In this document: positions 19,008 through 25,019 of the stretch, in pieces
Numbering within the stretch: the first letter of the stretch is position 1
How the letters are laid out: each line of letters opens with the position of its first letter
NCBI GenBank assembly: GCA_002269645.1
Contig: NIVC01001336.1
Location: 1-25,019, forward strand
DNA: 25,019 bases
Direction: 5' to 3'
DNA from: Macrostomum lignano
Taxonomy: Eukaryota
Made by a program: the position numbers and the translations under genes
Notes under the pieces: generated by a model
The model's input: the letters and a program-made list of their open reading frames with translations, nothing else
The model's database searches: none
Told to the model about the DNA's origin: nothing

Positions 19008-21002
19008 CTATAAGCCATATCAATAATTCTAATTTTATTCATAGGGATCCATGTCAATTAGTTTCAGCTTATCCCTACAGCAGCTTATTGGAATAGAGAA
19101 CCTTAAAATAAATCTGTTCAAGGACCCCAACCCAAAGGTCTTTCTAGATCTGATATTTACATATAGTTTATTAGCATGCTGTATATAGTTTTGTTGTATT
19201 TTTGTTTGAAGTGTTTGTCATATGTTGTCATATCCATATGACTATATAATATATATCTAATTATGTGTTAATTTTTTATTCTAAAAAAGTTGCTTGCAAA
19301 GACTATCTTTTTGTATTTTACAAATCTTCCAAATAAACTAGGGGCCTACTGAATACTAAATATTATTAGGTATTTCATTAAAAAATTTGTTAGAAGAGTT
19401 AATTTTAAATATTTGTTTAGCTGCCAACTTTGCTTGAAATGACTGACCTACCCGAAGATTAAGGCAAACAAGACTTGCAAAATCCAAAATTTAATATGTA
19501 GGCCTAATAATAATGATAATAATACTAATAATAATGACAATATTGATTTTGGATAGAGAGTTAGCAAGATGTAAAAATGACACTATTATACTGACCTTTA
19601 TGGAAAGTCAGACAACATTATAATAACAATTACTTTAAGCTACACTATGCTATATACATTACAAAAAAGACTAGGGCTTAATATAGTAGGCCTTGCAACA
19701 TTTAATGTCAATATATAAACTACATACAAACAACTGCATGATCTTAGGCATGGGATAAGCTGAAAATTATTGACATGAATCCATGTGGATAAAATTGGAA
19801 TTATTGATATGGCCTACAAACTTGAATAGTGCAGTGGTAGGCCTAGCTATTTCAATAAGCTGCCATTGGGATAAGCTAGAAATTATCAACATAGATCTAT
19901 CTATGTTAATGTAGATAAAATTGGAATTATTGGCATAGGACCATGGGGATAATCACTTCCATCTGTAATCAGCCTAGAACTAGGCCTAGCACTAGGCATA
20001 AAAATTGATTGAGTAGGCCTAATTCGAGGCTTAAGAAGTTAAAGAAATTAACTTACTTGTGATTTGTACTTGTACAAGTTGTAGCTTTTATTTTTACTTA
20101 TTGTTATTTTTATTTATAAAAAACATTTTGCCAAAAAATGATGGACATTTGCATGGATATCACCTAAAGCAAAGGTTATAAAAGAATGCCTAATAAGCAA
20201 AAAATGCATTAGGCAGCTTAGGCCCTATGCCAACTACAATTTGTGTTGCATTGAAAATTTTAGATATAAAAAGTCTTTTATACCTTCAGTATAATTTGAA
20301 AAAAAATTCAAAAGACAAAAGTAAGGACTAGCCCTACTAAGGTTTCTTTTTACTTAGGCAAGAGAGACTTATCAAATAGAACAAAAAGGACAAAGAATAA
20401 TATTAACATAATAATATAAAAATCAAATTTAAATTCTCACTGGAGTTCCAACTCTCAACCTATGTGTAAAATATGAGATGTAAAATTTGCATTTGTTCCA
20501 TTTCATTTGAATTAAAATTTGCATATTATATTACAGTAACCAACAATAATTACTCGTAGCGTCTAGCATGTGTTATTATAATTTATAGGCCATATTTAAG
20601 GGCAAAGCATATTTATTTTATTTACCAATAAAACTATGTACACTCGTACAGTCTTACAAAACATGATACAAGAGAAGTAGTATGTGCAAGATACAACCCA
20701 AAATATAAAATTACAATGCTGCTATGCCATTTTTGTTAGGCTTAAAATTTTTAACGTTTAAAGTCTAATCTATAGAGCACTAATTTATTTGCACTTTACT
20801 TGCACACAATTTTCCGGCATAAGCAGCACGAAATATGCGGCAAGCTCTAACCAAGGAAACGTAACTATACCTTTTTTAGAAGTATTACAATAGTTAGATA
20901 ATAACTTTATTAAAAAAATTATTCAGCTTTATTGTACGCTAAGTATTAGAAGTCTAGCTCAAAAAGTTTGACAGTAATTTGTTTAAATTATTAAAACTAT
21001 TT

Positions 21003-21122
21003 TATATATATACAGAGGCGGCAGCCATATTGATTTTTCAGCCCCTTAATTTCTTCGACGCCAGTTCGTAACCAGTTTGTACATTTATCTGCGCTTCTGT
21101 CGGTTACATTTCTAGAACTCTC
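21003..21122 (+). promoter_or_regulatory. Candidate polyubiquitin core promoter: TATA-like run (21003-21012) and a heat-shock-element-like TTCTAGAACTCTC (21110-21122)
   Basis: Motif match only. Polyubiquitin genes are classically HSF targets, but this HSE would lie downstream of the TATA element and has only 2 perfect units. Confidence 0.3.
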
Positions 21123-21124
21123 AA

Positions 21125-22203
<1,079 letters not shown>

Positions 22204-23445
22204 GGGGCAATTCATAACTGAACTGAACTCAGTGTTCATGCCATAACCTGCATACCCATGTTGCCACTAAGACTAAGTACAGTGAAAAATAACAATAAGC
22301 TAAGTAGGAAGTTTTATTTAGGGCTTTAAGTATAAAATATACCTTTTAATGATATTTCTGAACAATATCTATCCAGACATTGGAGTGGCAACTTGGACAA
22401 ATGCAGTCAAGTCGTTTTTACAAACTCAAAATTCTCTTTTTCAAACCCAAAAATGTCTTTTTAAAGCCTCATCGAATATTAATGCGAACCTATCGCTGTG
22501 CGGGGTCGCATGCTTGTCATCGACTGAAAAATTGTCTTTTTCGATCCAAAATAAACTTTTTAAACTATAACGTTGTTGCGTTGTTTTACTGTCTTCACTT
22601 AGGCTTTGTTAAAGCGAGCTTTAAAACTGAGAGCGCTAGACGAAAAGCCTGTTTAGGAAATCAAAATCACAAATCGTACACACAAGGCGGGTTAGGCAAA
22701 CAATGAATTGGTATTCCAATGCAATAACTTGTAAAGTACACGTAAACTTGTTTACTAAATACAGGTAATAAAAGTACATTTGTTAAGAGATGTTCAGTGA
22801 GCAGACCTATATATTGTAATAAAGGCTTTAAATGTTTAGTTTAGCGAATAAGGTGACTTCTCGTGTTGGCTAGGGTCGTTTCTAGCTTAATTTGTGTAGA
22901 CCAACTATAATTACTATATAATATTAATATAGATACATGTAAGCTCTCGAAACGTCCGTTTAACTAACAAGTGTTAAACTAATTAACGCACAGCTACCCT
23001 TTACTTGAGAGGTGCAGTTAAGTGATATCAAATTAATTAAGTCGTGAAATTAGGGCTGCAAATAAAACCTGGACTGTGAAGACGCCTGCATTGCCCCCCA
23101 GTCAATTAAAACGCGTTATCTCTCATTTCCACACCTTGCAGTTCAGCATGTTTATAGTTGAAGATAGTGATAATTGAGGATAAAATATATACTTTCTTAT
23201 CTATACATGTATTCAGCAAAGCACAACAAGACGTACAGGCGTAGATTTTCAACTGCTGACGCTTTCTCAGTTTCCAAAGCATGTAATATAGTAGCTTGTA
23301 GTATTAGCTCGTACATGTATATTTGCTCCAGAAAACTGAGAAAAGCAATTAAACAGCTTCGAGTATTGTTCTAAGTCTAACAAAGGCCGCGATCGAGTAT
23401 GAAGCGGAATGTACAAAATCAGGTACGTTATATGCATGTGCATCG

Positions 23446-23902
23446 CATAGGCGCGTAGGAACGGGGGACAGTGGGCGCCATGGCCCCCCTATACTTTTAA
23501 AATAGGGGAGGTGGGCAGTAATGGTATATTTAAATGTAAAATGTAGACTTTTTTGCTTATTTTTGGTTTTTGCTGCTTTTGCATGAATGCATTTTGCTGC
23601 AGGGCGACAAAATATAGCGCTGCAGCGCCAAATTGAGTGCCTGCGTCGCTAAAATGAGTGCCTGCAGCGCTAAAATGAGTGCCTGTGACGCTAAATTTAA
23701 ATTGAGTGCCTGCGGCGCTTTAAAATGAGTGATGACAAGACGGGTTCTGAAAAGAATCGGTACATGATGTGCATTTTCCATAAAAAAATTAGGAAAAACA
23801 CATTTTCATACTCGACGGGGCACTGTACGCTCCGGCCCCCCTTACATGTAAATCCGCCACTGAACCTGGCTCCCCACTTTTTGAAACGTTCCTACGCCAA
23901 TG
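23446..23902. mobile_element. Probable hAT-type MITE (~457 bp) ending 19 bp before the last gene's ATG
   Basis: Imperfect TIRs CATAGGCGCGTAGGAACG / CGTTCCTACGCCAATG with G/C-run subterminal blocks and an internal tandem repeat; no TSD detected. Confidence 0.5.
23621..23730. repeat. 21-bp tandem repeat, ~5 copies (CGCTAAAATGAGTGCCTGCAG), inside the MITE
   Basis: CGCTAAA at 23647, 23668, 23689; flanking degenerate copies. Confidence 0.85.
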
Positions 23903-23921
23903 TTTCACGTAGATCCCGCGA

Positions 23922-24272
23922 ATGAAGCATCGCCTTCCAAATCCGATGCTGCTGGCAGTCGTCATTATGGTGGCGGGCAGCTGCCTGCAGGCCGCCGGCG
24001 CACCCAGCAGATCGCCGACGCCAGCCGAGGAGTCGGCAAACCGCTACATTGACCTGCTGATGGCCAAGCTCGGGCCGCACCTGCGCGAGAACAACATGGA
24101 CCCGCTGCCCCTGGACAACCTGGTGATTGACTTCTCCAAGAAGATCCTGCTGGTCACCGTGCACGGCAGCATCGGCCTCACGGATGGCCGGATGCACGGC
24201 CTGTCCACTCTGCACCGCTCCGGCGACTGCCGCATTGAGACACAGGGAAACACTCTCACCATTGATGCCAAT
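23922..24272 (+). CDS. Secreted group-7 mite-allergen-like protein (Der p 7 / TULIP, BPI-LBP-Takeout fold), first coding exon; the remainder was not found in the window
   Basis: Signal peptide MLLAVVIMVAGSCLQA, then ANRYIDLL...MDPLPLDNLVIDFSKKILLVTVHGSIGLTDGRMHGLSTLHRSGDC, matching the DP+.+.....F.++I.++.+.G.+......+.GL..+.R.GD pattern of Der p 7. Donor either AAT|GTAGGT (24273) or AG|GTGCAT (24277); after that the ORF becomes intron-like. Confidence 0.75.
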
Positions 24273-25019
24273 GTAGGTGCATCGCGTCCTTTAACTGTCA
24301 TTATAGACATGCACCTGCTAATTTAGAGCCCTCTCTTTGGAAGCAAGTCTCGAACACAGTTGCTAAACTTGCATGTACATGTAGTGTACAGATGTGAAGA
24401 TGGGAAGATGCATGTAGGAAAAATTCTCCTTTCTTCATCACAGAATCAATTTGATAGCATTTTTTCTGGGGCCAGGGAAGATTGCCAGTTCTTTAATTTA
24501 ACATGTACAGCATGTCACTCTGCTGTGTTTTATATGGTAAATTCTGTGATGAGTTTCATTTTTATATTGTTTTTTATTTCATAAGCTTGGATGAAGTATA
24601 TTTGTAATAAAAATGTTGCATGTAGGTCGCAACAGCAATTACGAGCTATAATTAAACTACGAGTTTAATTATATCTACAATTAATAGATTGAGAGTACCT
24701 GCATGCAATACTTCTTTATCTTTTCAAGAAGCAACAAAACAAAAATTTCACTCGAGTACATGTACTTACAACTTTGGCTTGGGCTTATCAAAAAGCATGA
24801 AAATGATACTTACACCACAACTCCACAACTATATAATAATATAAATACAACAGCACCAGAGTAACATGCTGTACATGCTTAATTAAAGAAATGACAATCT
24901 TCACTGTTCCAGATCTAAATATGCAAACAGTGATTTTGTGATGAAAACAGTTCAATTTTCCCATCTCTGAAGTGTTATTTTTTCCGACGTTGTTAAATTT
25001 CGACCTTGTGAAAGCACCA

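Larger units (their letters stand above)
16774..19960. mobile_element. Non-autonomous MULE/foldback-like DNA transposon with ~200-bp internally repetitive TIRs and a perfect 9-bp TSD; left TIR interrupted by a hAT-like insertion
   Basis: Ends GGAAGTG (16774) and CACTTCC (19960); ATCTGTAAT flanks both sides (16765-16773 and 19961-19969). Left arm 16774-16901 plus 19008-19075 aligns to the reverse complement of 19752-19960. No transposase ORF. A 9-bp TSD with G-starting long TIRs is typical of Mutator-like elements; the superfamily call is inference. Confidence 0.85.

Overview
Eukaryotic (invertebrate animal) genomic DNA with GT-AG introns, GC3-rich exons and AT-rich spacers; the style resembles the flatworm Macrostomum lignano, but that is inference only. 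Five genes are supported: (1) the 5' part of a histone H1 on the minus strand at the window edge, broken by about 5 single-base indels; (2) a 5-exon Shisa-like single-pass membrane protein gene not visible in the ORF track (1583-4757, +); (3) a complete 4-exon RUVBL1/pontin (15857-5787, -); (4) a 4-unit polyubiquitin (21286-22203, +); (5) the first exon of a secreted group-7-allergen/TULIP-fold protein (from 23922, +). All 7 introns of the two multi-exon genes contain their own distinct minisatellite, including a ~7.4 kb 21-bp pyrimidine/purine-asymmetric array in RUVBL1 intron 3. Two arrays visibly reuse adjacent exon or splice-site sequence. Between RUVBL1 and ubiquitin lies a three-level nest of non-autonomous DNA transposons (MULE/foldback-like with a perfect 9-bp TSD, containing a hAT/Charlie-like element, containing a MITE). 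The giant 2400-2800 aa ORFs in the track are artefacts of the stop-free satellite. Copy numbers are hand counts.
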